A DNA stretch of 25,238 nt, from IMG/VR virus record IMGVR_UViG_3300030207_003320, positions 1 to 25,238 of that record. The stretch is one strand, 5' to 3'. The position numbers were made by a program, and so were the translations under genes. The notes below the pieces were generated by a model. It worked only from the letters and a program-made list of their open reading frames with translations, was not told the origin of the DNA and did not search any database. The stretch comes from a virus (taxonomy: Duplodnaviria > Caudoviricetes). Positions within the stretch are counted from its first letter, which is position 1; every line of letters begins with the position of its first letter. Shown piece after piece: positions 24,747-25,238 of this stretch.

Positions 24747-24772
24747 GAGAGTTGGGCTTCGGCCCTTCTCTC
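24747..24772 (+). terminator. cUUCGg hairpin after MCP (weak terminator or stabiliser)
   Basis: gagag-tt-gggc-ttcg-gccc-tt-ctctc, with a poor U-tract. Confidence 0.55.
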
Positions 24773-24793
24773 TGATCTTTAATACTTTCAATC

Positions 24794-25159
24794 ATGGCAG
24801 AATTTTTATTTCCTCTATATCCAGACGGATCGGCAGATGCTATTACAGTATCTGGAACAAATACAGTAATATCTGTCACTAATTATTTAACAAAAATTAC
24901 TGGTGCTAACGCAGACGACAAAGCTTCTTTACCAGCTGGCCTTAAGACAGGTCAAATGAAGAAGCTTCAGTATGTTGCTGAAAGTGCTGGTGGAGATGAT
25001 GTTGATGTAACTCTTACAAATGCTGAGTCAGATTCTTTAGATGTTATTAGAATGACAACTATTGGAGACTACGCAATTTGCCAGTGGACAGGATCTTATT
25101 GGAAGATTCTAGAACTAGGTAATGAGACAGGAGTTATGGATACCCCTACTGTTGGATAA
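24794..25159 (+). CDS. Putative structural (head fibre/decoration-like) protein
   Basis: 121 aa after the MCP; SLPAG..GQMK...GDYAICQWTGSYW beta pattern. Confidence 0.65.
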   Translation: MAEFLFPLYPDGSADAITVSGTNTVISVTNYLTKITGANADDKASLPAGLKTGQMKKLQYVAESAGGDDVDVTLTNAESDSLDVIRMTTIGDYAICQWTGSYWKILELGNETGVMDTPTVG

Positions 25160-25183
25160 TAGTGATTATTCATACTATACGAG

Positions 25184-25208
25184 AAAGGCCTTCGGGCCTT
25201 TTTCTTTT
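25184..25208 (+). terminator. Intrinsic terminator
   Basis: aaaggcc-ttcg-ggccttt followed by ttctttt. Confidence 0.85.
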
Positions 25209-25212
25209 GTCG

Positions 25213-25220
25213 TATATTTG
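25213..25220 (+). promoter_or_regulatory. -7 promoter element TATATTTG
   Basis: Directly after the terminator, 6 nt before ATG 25227 (MKQF..., truncated by the window edge). Confidence 0.65.
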
Positions 25221-25238
25221 TAAACAATGAAACAGTTT

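Noticed and set aside
1-25238. Stop-codon reassignment or integrated prophage boundary
   Set aside because: Genes tile the window intact under code 11; no integrase, att pair or host housekeeping genes seen.

Overview
This window is a fragment of a dsDNA tailed phage infecting Bacteroidota, probably a marine flavobacterial phage. The host is inferred from Bacteroidota TAnnTTTG promoters, A-rich leaders lacking Shine-Dalgarno sites, and a type IX secretion (T9SS) cargo gene. Terminase, portal and capsid sizes resemble crAss-like podoviruses (inferred, no search run). Bases 1-2045 hold a minus-strand cluster of eight short, tightly packed early-type genes (five absent from the ORF track), a full -33/-7 promoter, a repeated leader motif and an anticodon-less tRNA-like element. 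Bases ~2050-2800 are a non-coding divergent control region with palindromes and direct repeats. From 2808 onward is a mostly plus-strand late/morphogenesis module: DUF5675-like and LamG proteins, a tandem GroES-like protein, putative TerS, HNH nuclease, TerL, portal, a five-gene envelope cassette headed by a T9SS-CTD protein, small basic proteins, decoration-like paralogues, scaffold and major capsid protein. The top leads are the phage-borne T9SS/beta-barrel cassette, the mini-tRNA plus hairpin element, and a repeated [YMF]xxGG motif in putative core proteins. All functional calls come from motif recognition by eye.
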